Source: Podarcis melisellensis
Lineage: Eukaryota
Strand: one strand, 5' to 3'
Length of the DNA: 64,000 nucleotides
Assembly (NCBI GenBank): GCA_964234715.1
Contig: OZ174275.1
In this document: in pieces, positions 50,485 to 64,000 of the stretch
How positions within the stretch are numbered: the first letter of the stretch is position 1
Layout of the letters: each line of letters opens with the position of its first letter
Translations under genes and position numbers: made by a program
The notes under the pieces: generated by a model
Database searches by the model: none
Seen by the model: only the letters and a program-made list of their open reading frames with translations
What the model was told of the DNA's origin: nothing

Positions 50485-51126
50485 TATTGCTGATTTTCAC
50501 CCTGAAGCCCTTTCATTCAGCCACCATGCTTCCCGATTTACCAAGGTTACCAATACAGTATAAGTAAAATGACTCTCTAAAGTGTTCCCTGGTATTATTT
50601 TCTTTATGTTCAAATATTACCTTCTATAGCCTTTCTGGTTGTCTCTTATCCACCTAAGCTTCCTTTTATTAGAAGAATCTGTTTCGTGATTTTCCCCACC
50701 TTTCCCCAGACACCATTACTCAGGTCACCATTACTTACTTACCCACACTGTTTTTTCACCTCACTGAACTTAACTCCAAACCCTTAGTCAAGGCAGCCAG
50801 TTTTGAAATTCACCCATTCCCCCCCACAACTTTCCCCAATTCCTTATCCATTACATTTTCATTAAAGCGTCAATAGTCTCAGGTGAACCATCACAGCAGT
50901 ACCTTAAATCTGCCTCCTTACACAAGCTCCACTATTCTTTACACCTCCAATTCATACATATACAAAGGCTGTACTACTGATTACAATTTCGTCAGCTCCC
51001 TAAACCCATAATTTTCTCATTCTAGAACACTATCAACAGTGTTTATATTAGGCATTAGTCTTCCTGAAACAATACCATATTCTTTTTTCAAAAACTTATT
51101 GGCATCTCACTCACCACCTCAAAGTA

Positions 51127-51523
51127 CCTTATTTTTCGCTCCATAAGATGTACGTTTTTCCTCCTAAAAAGTAAAGGGAAATGTCTGTGCATCTTATGGA
51201 GCGAGTGTGTGGTCCCTGGCAGCGGCGGAGCTGGGGACTTTGGTTTCCGGAGTGGCATGTCGCCCGTGCGAGCATCCCCCACCTGTGCGAGGGGGTGGGG
51301 AGAGGTGAGGCGGGGGAAGAGGGCTTTAGAGCACTCTTTAGAGTTCCCTCCATCTGAGGGGCTCTGTGACTTGCATGAGAGCAGCCAGGAGCCAGCACAG
51401 AGGGGGATCTTCCTCCCTCACGGGCTCTGTCAAATTGGAATGGGGAGCTTTTTTCTTGCTTTCCTCCTCTAAAAACTAGGTGCATCTTATGGTCAGGTGT
51501 GTCTTATGGAGCAAAAAATACGG
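51127..51523. mobile_element. pogo/Tigger-like MITE
   Basis: TA-CCTTATTTTTCGCTCCATAAGA...TCTTATGGAGCAAAAAATACGG-TA. Confidence 0.85.
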
Positions 51524-52069
51524 TAATGCTATCTGTATTCACCAAGGCTTACTAGACTAGAATTCTAAGGATACAATTCTGTGCCACATGCTGCAGTGGG
51601 TTTTTAGCTTTTTCTATTTTATCTGTAAGCTGCCTTGAGTCCCAGACAGAGTAAAAGGTGGGAAATAATGATCATAATAGGTGGAGAGGAAGTAACGGCA
51701 TATATGATACACAAGCCCACTTCTTCAAGCCACTTTACAAATTAAGCTGTTGTTTTGTTTCTCAAGCCACTTTGCACAATATAGATGTAACTGCGAAGCT
51801 TCCTAAAAACAATCTCACAAGAGCTAGTAACTGTTTAAAGTTGTTTATCCAAATAAGGCCCAGTTTTTAGCTCTAGTGCTGCAAAGTTCCAAGAATATCT
51901 TTATTCAGATCCTAAAGAGGAGTGTCTCTTAAACAGCTAACTTCAAATTATTGTCAACAGTTTTCCATCATATTAAAAAAAGTTTAGCTTGAATAGTTGT
52001 TTTTTAAAATGTCAATTTCCTGCCGTCTTAAACAACTAGGTTAATATTAATTTAGCCAATGCTCTAATA

Positions 52070-52260
52070 CAGGGATGTCCAACAGGTTGATTGCGTTTGA
52101 CTGGGATCCCCGCCCCCCAAAAAAGGGACATTCCCCCTCCATTCCTCCCTAAAAAAAGCTCAACAACTTTGACCTGAAACCTCCCCAACAAAGCGGTAGA
52201 TCACTGCCAGTTTTTTATTCTGTGAGTAGATTGCAGTCTGTTGGGAGTTGGACGTCCCTG
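52070..52260. mobile_element. hAT MITE
   Basis: CAGGGATGTCCAAC / GTTGGACGTCCCTG termini; 6/8 TSD. Confidence 0.8.
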
Positions 52261-52599
52261 CCCTAACAGATTCACTGTGTGAAAAGAAGATATTCTATGT
52301 AAAATTAAGAACCATTTTTTCAGATATGAATATTTACACCTAAACATATGCATTTCATTCTCATTGATAAAAAAACAGCTCTAGCGTAACCAATCACCAT
52401 CAGATCTTGCTTCTACGTGTAAGTATGGACTTTTTTGCAGGATGGGAGGCTGGCCCAAGGCAGAATAAAGTAGAAAACACATTACAGCAGCAATGACAAT
52501 ATTATCCAGTCTGCAGGTTCCTATATTCCCATATTTAAATGCACAAACTGTCACAAGTGCTATGATTCTTACATAGGGATTTTAAGGACATTATCTCTA

Positions 52600-52829
52600 C
52601 AGTGGTACCTCCGCTTATGAACTTAATTCATTCAGGAGGTCCGTTTGTAACCTGAAACCGTTCTTAACATGAGGTGCGCTTTTGCTAATGGTGCCTCCCA
52701 CTGCTGCTGCACTACTTCCGCTCGCATCCCGGGACAAAGTTCCCAACCAGGAGACCTACTTCTGGGTTAGCGGCGCTCGTAACCCGAAGCATTCATAAGG
52801 TGGGCGGTACATAACACAAGGTTCCGCTG
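52600..52829. mobile_element. Tc1/mariner MITE
   Basis: TA-CAGTGGTACCTC...GGTTCCGCTG-TA; inverted relative to the 2402 copy. Confidence 0.82.
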
Positions 52830-55679
52830 TATAGCAAAAAGAATAGCATGCAAAATATATACAGTGCAATGTCACATACTCAGTTGCTAGATTTTGCACT
52901 GCCCTGATGGACATATGTCAAAAGACGTTTTGTCTCACAAACCAGGCCTAAACAGAAGGCCCATAATGCAAGACCTGTGCTGCTTCATGTTCCCTCCCTT
53001 ATAGTCACTTTTAACAGTTTGTCTTTTCTCTCTTTCTGCTTTAAATTTATGTGAGTTATAACCACTTTTAACTATTTGCTTTTACCCCTCTCCTCTTTAA
53101 GACTTATGTGCTTTATTTTATTCACGTGTTTGTATCTTATGCTGGTCTGCGACCTTAATAAAGTTTGTTGTTGTACAGTGCAATAAAGACACACAGTCTT
53201 GCAGTAATATCCACCCTGCTCATATTAAATTAAAGCTTGCTGGCTGGGTAGACTAAAGCTGGTGCTCTTGAGCTCACTAAAGAGCTTCTGAACCAGCATA
53301 TGCCTCTACTAATGGAAGTGTGGGGGCTATATTTGCATATTATCCCCCCCAGCCCCTGAAAACGGGCTGCAGATAATTGGCAGACCTGTCAGAAGAGGGA
53401 AGAAGGTGACACAGAGGCAGGAGAGGTGAAATCAACAAAAACTGCTTGCTTTCTCTTTGCTGGATCAAAAGCACTTATGTGAAAGTAAGGGCACCAACTG
53501 AAATGCGCCCACACTCAACTTAAAAACGTACACTTATTCTTTAAAGTGCTTTACAATTCTATTCGGGTTCAATATTTCCTGCTTTTCTTTTATTTTTCCA
53601 ATCACATTTGAAGGGATCTCTGAAATATTCTGATATGTGTCCTTGCCTGAATAGTTGCTAGAACCTTCTTTTCTCTTCATTATCTACAGGGAAGGGCAAA
53701 GTTCTCATCATACAGTACAGGATACGTTTTCTTGCACAAAGATCAGCTTATCACTATATACTGTCTCTTCTAAGTGAACCAGGTTTTCCAAACAACTGGA
53801 AAGAATGGGAAACACATATACAGCTATGATTCATTACTGTGATTTATACTTTTCATGATAAAATACATTTAAGGAATGGAGACATTACCACAGTATACTC
53901 ACTAATTAGTTAAACTTTATCAAGATTTAGATATGATGTAGTGTAACTTTTACCTAATCAAAGCCTCTATCACATGTGAATCATACTGGCCCCACCTTCA
54001 GACATGGGTGTTGATTTCACACAAACACACCATGGAAGCAAAGCTGAAAGCCCAATAACTCTCTGTGAACCACATGTACATCGCCTTGGGTTCCATAGTG
54101 GAAGAAAGGTAGGTTATAAAAAGAATAAATTTTCAAAAATAAAACAATGCCATGTGAGTCTCTCTGGGTATGCCACAGATGGGCACTACTACCAAGAAGG
54201 CTATACTCAGATGACAGAAGTGCCTGGAGTGAAGTTTCCAAAGAGGACCTTAATGCACATACAGGTTGGTATGAGAGCAGGCAGCCCTTTGGGTACTTGA
54301 GTCCTAAGCCTTGTAGGACTTTAAAGATAAGCTGCAGCACTTTGAATGGTACTTGGAAATGGACTGGAAGCCAATGTAAGTTTCTGAAGACCAGTGTGAT
54401 GCGTTTCTACTGATCAGCCCCAGCCCCTGGTGGCTATATCTAGAACTAACCGCAGTTAATTCTTCAAAGATTCCCACATATAATACATTTCAGTAATTAA
54501 TCCTAGGTGTTACAGAGCATAGAAAACAGTGGGCATCAGAATACTGTATAGGTGACATGCCATATAGAACAGAGGGGAACAGTTGGGGTTGCAGGGAGAA
54601 TTATCAGTATGGAAATATAAAGGAGGAAACAACTGATAAATGATTGTACTGATGAAGGAGTTGTGCATGCTGTATAGGTGCAGAAGGAAAGAGGCTTAAC
54701 AGAGAGAGGGGTTCAGGAAGAAAAAGGATTAACAGGTAATGACTTAAAAGGAAAAACAACAAGCTAGAATAGTACCCCCCAAAAATTTCCTAGTTAATGT
54801 TACCATGCAATCTAAGTTAATATCTAAAAGCGGCCTTCAAATTCATTTAAATTGTACATGCCTGGTATTCTTGTTGAGTTAGGATAATAAAGAAAACATA
54901 AGATACTTCAATTCCTGAAGTGCTTCTTTAAGCAAACATTAACAGATGAGGGAGAACCTGCTCCATCCATTACCAAGGTGACTTTGTGTACAGGAGATAA
55001 AAAGGTTTACTTCCTGAAAAGCAGGGCAGAGGCAAATGCTGGGATGTCTTCTTAACACTTCCAATCAGTCTTCCTTAAGTAAAAACATGGGGTCTATATA
55101 ACTGCCCAGGAAGCATTTGTGAGAAATACAGATGGCATGCTCTCCTGAATAATCCCTAGAGAAGAAACTAAATTTCTTCACTTTTCCACCATATGAACAC
55201 AAAGTAAGAAGCAAAGGAGAGGAGGGCTTGGTAAAGGTAAGAAGTGAAATATGATGTACAAAATATAAAAGTATCAGCTAGTTAACAAGTAAGTATCTTT
55301 GCTTTTCAGCAAGATCTTTCAAAGGGTTACTTATGGAAAGCGTTATCGTCAGGAGAATAAGTAATGCCATCTACATTTTGCAAGGCTATGATTACACACC
55401 CAACACAATATGGAAGACAAGCCCCGTTTCTACATTTCCAACTTGGTCCCCTCACTCCAGCTATCGCCACACACCTACAGGCCGGGCCCAAAACTATAAT
55501 TACAAATCTATTAGTAGATACGTTACCCTTAAAACAAGCGGCCTTAAGTAGGCCACCACCTTGTCAAGTGACCACGGTTTTATAGAACAGAAAGTGGGGG
55601 GGGGGTAGAGAGAGAGAGGAGAGAGAGAGAAGGAGCTTATCGGGAAAGGAACTTATCCACTCATGAGTATTACCGACAA

Positions 55680-56650
55680 CACAAGCTGCTACCGGCACGG
55701 AACTCAAAAGAAAAGCACTTCGCAACCCTCTAAAAGCGAAAGTAACAGTAGCTGTCGCAAAGAGCGAGCGGGGGTGCGGCTGGGGCCACCTACGCGGGAA
55801 GGGCCCTGAGGGGACGTAGGTGGGGTGGAAGTTACACTCTCGGCCAGCCCACGGCAGGAAAAGGGTGGGCTGGGGAGGTAAGGCAAGCGAGGGGGAAGCA
55901 CGCGACGCGGCTACTTCCCTCACTCTTCACTACCCCGAGGAAGGGCAGGGAGACGTTAGGCCCCGCCGAGCCGTTGCTGAGGGAGTCCCTCTCCACGCCC
56001 GCCTCGCCCTTAGGTGGAGGTAAGCCTCTCCCTCCCGTGCCCTCGCTACCGTCACCCCCCGGCCCGCCTCGCCAGGCAACTCACCCGCCAAAAACGTTCC
56101 CGCTGGTGCCGCCGCCGCCGCGCCTGGCTCCCGCCCTGTGAGGCGAGGAACTCGCTCGCTCGGCCCAAGCAGTGAGGAGAAGCACCAAGCAAGGGGCGCG
56201 GGGCGCGCACGCGCGCTCTCAAAGCCGTCCGGGCTCGCGACGCGGCTCGCCGGTTGGTCAGGTTGCTGCTCGCCCGCGCTCCCCCACGCGCGCGTGCGCA
56301 TTCGCTCCCCAGTACACTTCGCCTTCGCCTTCCTTCGCTCGCGCTCTCGCGGGCATGCGCGGGAAGCGATAGGCTGAATGAAGGAAAGGATTCGTTTGCG
56401 TAAAAGGGGAGGAGCCGCGCGTCTACAAATCGTGATTGAGGGAAGAGAGGAGCAGCAGCAATAGCAACAGCGGCATTTCCACACGCATGCGCCGTCTCGT
56501 GGTACCCGAGAGGACCAGGACCACCTTACGAAAGAACTGGGAGGGGTAGGGACGAAAGTATAGGGCGAGCATGCGTGAATCGTCCTCCCGTATGCAGATT
56601 ATTTCTTGACGTCCCACTTCCAAGCACCTTATTGGCACGCTGAGGCTGAG
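55680..56650 (-). promoter_or_regulatory. ZDHHC5: ZDHHC5 CpG-island promoter and non-coding exon 1
   Basis: CpG island; minus donor GCGG|GTGAGT with exon ending at 56085 (alternative donor near 56530); NRF1-like GCATGCGC at 56353 and 56484, CCAAT (minus) at 56631, TGACGTC at 56607. Confidence 0.8.
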
Positions 56651-58592
56651 ATTGACAAACCTGATATCCAGTCGTCTATTAGACTTCATATAAGGTGACG
56701 ATCTAGTGGTGTCATTGATTTAACACGGAATTGCTGATTAAAATCTCTGTTGCAGTTTGTAGTGGATTATTTGTAATTGTATTTCTAGATATCTCCACGT
56801 TCTTTTAATATACATAAATGTGGTTTGTGTATGTATATATATGAGTTTAATTAAACATTACGCAAACATTGTCATCTGCACCTTTTAAAAAAATCTGTTC
56901 TTTTTTAATTTAATGTTTAAAATGTGCTGGGCACTATCCTGCAGCACAACCTTTTACGTGTATACTCACAAGTAGTGCTCATTTATTTCAAAGGGTCTTA
57001 ATCCCTGGTAAATTACAGGATCGCTGCAGCATTAAACACACTTCTACTTTTGACAAAAGGACTCATTGCACAAGACAAGTTTGGACTCTTAAACATAAAC
57101 ATTTCACAGTCAGCATGTGTGAAAACAAATTTGCATGTCATCTCGTGTTCCTACCTTAATATTTATACAGTTCTGTATCTGAAGAAGTAGGCTGACCCTG
57201 ATCAAAGCTTCTGTTGTATTTAATATTAGCCTGAAAATTTATTATTTGATCTGTACTTTAATTAAGGGTGACCATATTTCATCTACACCTTGTGAAGCAA
57301 GCTCTCCATCTAGCTGTGAGAAATGTGAATTTTAAAAAAAAAATGCAATTCTTGTATCCTGTACAGTATTCTATTTTCAGAATAAAACTTACTGTATTTG
57401 GAGACATGAAATGCAGAAAGTCAAGAGAGCGGTTGGCTAAAAGGTGATGAAAGAGGAATGGTGAGTACAGTGTCACACATCCCTAGGATTTGGAACCTGA
57501 GGGCAATACTTGAGATCAATGACAAATAAACACCATGGGATTGCAGGTTTAATGAAATGACAAAAGACCATAAGTTGTGGAGAAAACAGAGAAGCAAGAG
57601 ATGTTGCGGTAACAAGGATTGAAAGCATATCTACAGTACTGTATAGACTTAAAATAGTTTAAATAGCCATTCATTCCTTCTTCCCAAGGAATGATAATTT
57701 TGTGCAGAAAGGCTATAGAAGTTTCCAGCACATTTGCTAAATGGTAGTTTACAGACATGACTGTTAAACATAGAAGTTTGTGCTTTAGATGCATACAGTG
57801 TTTTTTTCCAGGGAGTACTCAAGAGTACACAGTACCAGAACCTTTACCCCCAAAAGCTAAAAGTGTGGCACTTACTGTAACAACTTCATGGTGAGTACTG
57901 GCATCGTTTTTCTATTAAAAAACAAGACTTCAACAGAGTATGTTCCAGAATATACCAAGATACACGGTATGGTCATTTACAGTGTTTTTTCGAGATATGC
58001 AGGCATCGTATCAGCGTGTGACACTGAATATTTTTAGGGGGCACTGAATACTTTGAACCTACAATTTTGGTATGGCTGAATTAGCATCTGCTACAAAGCA
58101 GGGTGGGAAATGTCACATAAAACTGCTCCATAGCACATATTTTGTAGATAAATAGGGCTACAGTAAGATAACATTACTAAAATAAATAAGCTTTTGTATT
58201 CATGATCATATGATCCCTTGATCACTTTCCTCTGTGGTGTAATACTTCACAAGAACTAAGATTTCCAGACACAAGCCAGGCAATTTAAGTAGCAGTGGTT
58301 GGAACAGACTAAACTGAAATGATTTAGTTCCAGATTATTAAATTGCAGCTACAGTTTTTTCCACCTAAAATCCAGTTGTAAACAAATGGCAATTTGAAGA
58401 AGATATGCAGCAACTGCCCAGAGAGCCAGGGGCTTTTGAATGGTACTTCTGAGGCTAGTACAGGCTGACAGCCATGGTTGACTCAAGATATTTTGCTTCC
58501 TGAGGCAAAGAACACAAGCGACCCCACATTCTAAATGGACTGGCAGCAAAATCTTATTTCCAACACTGACAATCGAACAGCATCCTCTACCA

Positions 58593-58727
58593 CAGGCATA
58601 GGCAAACTCTGGCCCTCCAGATGTTTGGGCTGCAATTCCCAGCATCCCTAGCTAAGAGGACCAGTGGTCAGGGATGATGGGAATTGTAGTCCCAAACATC
58701 TGGAGCGCCAGAGTTTGCCTACGCCTG
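58593..58727. mobile_element. hAT MITE
   Basis: Same TIR as 33884; perfect 8-bp TSD CTCTACCA. Confidence 0.9.
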
Positions 58728-59640
58728 CTCTACCATACCTGAGGACAGAAGGCTAGCTTAAGGGACACAGGGCAGCCTGTATGGCCCACGCAGTTCTTTT
58801 CTCTAACACTCAACTACTCATTCACTTCTTTGCCTAGCCCTGTCTGCTGTCCACACAAATAACTGCTCATCTCACAAGCAGAGCAATGCATGCTGGAGTG
58901 TGCAAGTTGGCCTGGCTCCCTTTCTGCCTGCTTGCTAAATCAGGAGCCTTTCCCAATTGTGATACACTGAGAGAAGGCAACTACGATTTGAGAAAGCTAG
59001 CTAGCCAGCCAGTCTGCACAGGTCCAGGAACAAGGAAACATCACCACAGCGGATGAGCAGCGAACAGCCAGTGGTCTTACTAGGAACGGCTTCTTCACCC
59101 CCACTCCCTCAGTAGCTACTGCATGAGGCAGCCCTCTCTCTCCCCCTAACAGTAGGGTCAGCTCTGCCTTTGATGGGCTATATCATTGGGCTGCAGCTAG
59201 GCTGCCAGACCTGCTCTGACAGTGGTACAGAGGTCTTCTTTTTTCAGTCTAGCCAATTGCTGTTAACTCTTCAGATTTTTATCACACAATTCTGTGCACC
59301 TTTATGCAAAAGGAGATTTTACAGTGCTCAGTGTGGCTTATGCCCAGGTAGCTGTGAACAGAATTGCAGCCTAAACAATTTAAATGCAATTTGTTAACAT
59401 CTTTAATTTGTGATCTCAACTCCATGTTTCTTTCTTTTTTCTTTCACTATCCATAGTCACAGATGTCTGTTGAGAAAGTTTAAAACAGCAGGCTTAACTT
59501 CTCACAGGATCTGACAACTGCAATCCATGTTGTGGAAACAATTAAAAGAACAAGTGATCACTTGATGAACTGCTCAGGGAAACCTACCGTTTAACAGTTA
59601 TGTAAATACTGATCCTTATATCAATACAAAATGAAAAAAA

Positions 59641-59718
59641 ATCCTTCCAGTAGCACCTTAGAGACCAACTAAGTTTGTTATTGGTATGAGCTTTCATGTG
59701 CATGCACACTTCTTCAGA
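59641..59718 (-). mobile_element. Penelope pLTR fragment with hammerhead core, stem I lost
   Basis: Near-identical to the 10684-10766 arm; minus strand CTGAAGA...GAAAGCTCATAC. Confidence 0.8.
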
Positions 59719-60357
59719 ATTCTTTAGAATTTAGTTAGTAAAAATAGGTTTCAACCACCACTTTTAAGAGCAACAGTGACCGGTTGAGCACTACAACATG
59801 GGGGAGGGGAGTACCCTGCAGGGGACAGAAATGTTGTCTTCTTCCCCTTCCTCACCAGGATGTTTATCTTCACTCTCTGCTCCGATTTTCAGACTTTAAG
59901 GAGCAGGATTTCATCCTGCCTGCTGTTTGCCAGCTTTGGAAGGGGTCACAGAAGCTCAAACAATCGCAAGCGTGTATGAAAATTCTCTGACATTACTTTT
60001 GAGTATTCATGTTTTATTTAAATTGGGGTCACTTGTAGATCATTGGGTTACTTTTTAAATACAAACCTTTAGCCTGAAACAGTAACCTGATTTTAGAGGT
60101 ATGGGGAGAACCGAACCGTTCTATTCTAGGTCAGGTTCAGTTGAGACTTTCTAGTATTGGTTCACATTCTGGGAAACAGTACAATCCTATTCAAGTCTAC
60201 TCAGAATTGTGTTTGAGTCACTTGCATGAGTAAAGCCACTAATAAATATTAATATACTAATGATGATATCTGATTTGATTCAATGGAGCTTACTCCAAGG
60301 TATGTAGAGTTAAGACTGAAGCCCAAATTTGGTAGTTTTCAGTGCGAAGCTCTAGCA

Positions 60358-60634
60358 CAGGGTGATAAAATGGCCCTCAACATTTGACACCCACCAGCCC
60401 TTGCACACAGGGAAAGCTGGGCTTGGGGAAGGAGGTGTGAGGCTCTGGCAGGGTCCTAGAGTCCTCCTACCTCCTTCCGAAAGCCTAGTTTCCCAGCTTT
60501 CAAAAAGAGGTGGGAGGTTCTAGGATGCTGCCAGAGCCAGCTTTGGGAAGGCAGCATGAAACTGGGGGGGGGGGGGACACACACGTCACAAGTACTCTTG
60601 TAGCCCACTTGGTATGAAAAGTTGGACCACCCTG
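60358..60634. mobile_element. hAT-like MITE
   Basis: CAGGGTG / CACCCTG termini; TSD ctctagca / atctagcg. Confidence 0.65.
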
Positions 60635-60968
60635 ATCTAGCGCATCAGAATGGATTTTCATACTATGTTTCCATTCATAAGCCTAAGTCATGTGCCTAAT
60701 TGCAAGCTTCCTATATGAAAATGGCTAGTGGTATTTGTAAGCCATGTTCTTTGAAGTCAAAATTGCCACTACTTTCTTATGCACATTTTTATGTATGTCT
60801 TTCTGCCCGATGGAATATTTCTTCTCATCCCTGTATGCTTATTACCCAAACAGTCCCCCTTTGTCCTGCCTTACCCTGTATCTATACGTACATGTTTTTT
60901 AATGCTGAAACAAGGTTTAAGTTACATGTAGAGAGAAACACAAACATGAAACTATCAATATTTGGGAA

Positions 60969-60974
60969 TTTATT
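60969..60974 (-). terminator. Candidate CLP1 polyadenylation signal
   Basis: AATAAA on minus ~410 nt after the stop, followed by GU-rich sequence. Confidence 0.6.
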
Positions 60975-61383
60975 AAAGTTAAAAATATCTATATATAAAG
61001 TTTTTTTTTTAAAAAATGCCCTCTTTAACACTATTGTCACTCTCAGATAAGACCAGTTTAAATGAATGACACCTCAAAGGAGACCAATTAACTAGCTAGC
61101 AGGCAACACTTTTGTCCATTATAGCGGTTCAACAAGTCAAACTGTGATTTTTCTAAGCTTCATCTTCTACCATTCTACTCAGGGATTCATTCCAACAATG
61201 AAGAGAAAACAGAAAGGACTATTTCAAATTGTTCAAACTATGTTCATCCCTTATTGTGACTGCTTTCTCTCTCTTGCCTGGTCCGTGTGAGATGCTGTTC
61301 CATCCAGGATTGTAATGGGTTTGTTTGTGAGGGAGCTAGCAGTTACCTGGTGGAGTCTTATCATTTTCTTGCAAAGGCCGGTA

Positions 61384-62184
<801 letters not shown>

Positions 62185-62639
62185 TTACTAATACTGAAGT
62201 TTTAGCTTAGTCACAACCCACCCTGCTTTTCAAAACTGAATCTGTATTACTTTTCTATAAACATATGAAGCTACTTATTCTGAGCCAGACCATTTATACT
62301 ATTAGCTCATAATTGTCTACTCTGACTAGAAGCAGTTCTGCACGGCCTCAATAACTTTCCCAAGCCTGTGACCTGAGAACCTTTTAACTGTAGATGCCAG
62401 AGAAATAACTTGGAAACTTAAGAGGCATAGCCTACCTTCCCCAACCTGCTGCCCTCCAGATATTGTTGGATTTTGATGGGGGTTAAGCTGAAATAAGCTC
62501 CATGACCAATTCACTGTGTTTGCAAAAAACTAAAGCCTGCTGTTTTAAAGAGAAGTTTCCAGATCAGCCAAGCAGTATCATATGTTTATTCAGTGCAGAT
62601 GTTGTCTTCATTAATGTTTTCTTCAATAATGAAATAATC

Positions 62640-62971
62640 AGAGTGGTTTTTAAATATTTGCCTTCATCAGAGACACATCAAGTCAAACATATTAACAAGA
62701 TCCTTCCTAAACTGTCCTGCCTTACACAATTTACTTCTTAAACCAGTAAAACCAGCATGTCTTGTGTTAATGTCTTTGTGTAAAGGATAATGATCTGGAG
62801 TTTCATTGGTGTGGTTTTTAAGGATTTGCCTTAATCAGAGACAGGTCTGTTATCCAAGTCAAATATATTAACAAGACTCTCCATAAACTTGTCTTATACA
62901 ATTTACTCCTTAGATAAGTAAAACCAGTATATTTTAGTTTATTGCCTTGTATAAAAGATAAGGATCTGAAG
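62640..62971. repeat. Diverged ~170-bp tandem duplication in the CLP1 intron
   Basis: gtggttttta..atttgcctt.atcagagaca...caagtcaaa.atattaacaaga...gtaaaaccag...gatctg occurs twice in tandem. Confidence 0.75.
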
Positions 62972-63328
62972 AGTTATCGACCATTAACAGCCTAGTCCTA
63001 TGAAGAGTTGCAGGTGCCTATGCCTGTTCAAATAAAAAGGCTTAGGCAGCCCTATATCTACATTGGTCTCCAAATTAATGACAGTTGGAATATAACAGCA
63101 TGATGAAGCAGATTAACAGGGTTCATGATAATAATTTATTGACTAGCCATCTCTTGTTTGTCCTCCAGCATAACATAGTCAAAGGTGAACATGGAAATTC
63201 AATTTCTAACTATCATCCCTATTCTCAGTTTGATAAGGATATAAAAAACCTAGCCCAGCCCAGCTCCATGAGACTAGGATGCATGCAAAGGATACCATAT
63301 CACATACTATTTGAAATATGCTGCTTAC

Positions 63329-63934
63329 CTTGTTATAGAGTTTGATGTTAGTGCCAGGTGTGGTGGACCCAAAGTGATAGACCAGAGGGGCCTGAACCGA
63401 GAAGCCTTCTTCAACATCTGCAGGTCGCTCAATATAGAGTGCCCCCATGGTGCCTGGGATAGAGATTGAGCCCTGCCCTACATCCAGCTCCACAAAAGTG
63501 GGCCGGCGCCCTAGGCGCACAGCATAATTCAGCAGCAGACGGCAGACTGTTGACTTTCCTACATCTGTGGGACCCACCACCATGACACGAGGTCCCCGTT
63601 CATCCTCACGCTCAGCCTGCCACCGCATCTGTTCCAGGGCTGTATGGGTGTTGAGGTACAGCAGCATGGGAGTGTCCTTGGAGACATAGGCTACTTCAGT
63701 CCGACCGGTTAGCTGTACTGAACAGCCATGCCAGGTGAAGACAGCCACTTTGGCACCAGCATCAAAGGTGAATTTCTTGTTGCGGGTCAGTTCCGTTCCA
63801 AAGACCTCAGCCATGCCTGTCAGAAGCTCTAGTTGGACCATTTGTGAAGCTTCAACCTCAAAGCGGAGCTCAGTCTCCCTCTCCAACTCAAACTTGGCCA
63901 CCAGTTTCTTTTCATCTCCAGCTTCCTCTGCCAT
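63329..63934 (-). CDS. CLP1: CLP1 first coding exon (polyribonucleotide 5'-hydroxyl kinase Clp1)
   Basis: [10 protein letters not shown]...Walker A GPTDVGKS (K127), R140, ELDVGQ (D151); donor AAG|GTAAGC; spliced CDS 1278 nt = 425 aa; upstream NAGNAG acceptor near 63951. Confidence 0.98.
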
Positions 63935-64000
63935 CTTGCTTCCTTTGCAACTGCTATGGTTACAAAAAAAATTAATTAAACCAACTCATGTTTTAAAAAT

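Noticed and set aside
55564-56689. ORFs in the ZDHHC5 CpG island
   Set aside because: Stop-poor GC-rich promoter sequence; the ZDHHC5 CDS starts at 43241.

Overview
Vertebrate genomic DNA, almost certainly a squamate and probably a lacertid lizard, judging from Sauria-type SINEs with ACCTTT tails, BovB, Penelope and L2. It carries the conserved block TMX2 (exon 1, minus) - MED19 (plus, 5 coding exons, 235-236 aa) - ZDHHC5 (minus, 11 coding exons, 725 aa, plus a non-coding exon 1 in a CpG island near 56 kb) - CLP1 (minus, 2 coding exons, 425 aa), the same order as human 11q12. The MED19, ZDHHC5 and CLP1 models were checked by hand for GT-AG boundaries and frame continuity. Main discovery: the ~9.3 kb between the MED19 and ZDHHC5 3' ends (about 5.7-15.0 kb, minus strand) holds about 13 exon-like blocks with GT-AG sites, several 70-90 bp introns, a terminal exon and a polyA signal, but with many stops, frameshifts and a MITE insertion. 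Its 3' exons are colinear with the C-terminal region of the germline protein TOPAZ1 as recalled from memory, suggesting a decayed TOPAZ1-like paralog. Other notable items: a minimal hammerhead ribozyme in a palindromic Penelope insertion, a U12-type intron in ZDHHC5, an overlapping uORF in the long ZDHHC5 5'UTR, and nested or chimeric transposons. Repeat family names and homology calls come from motif recognition, not database searches.
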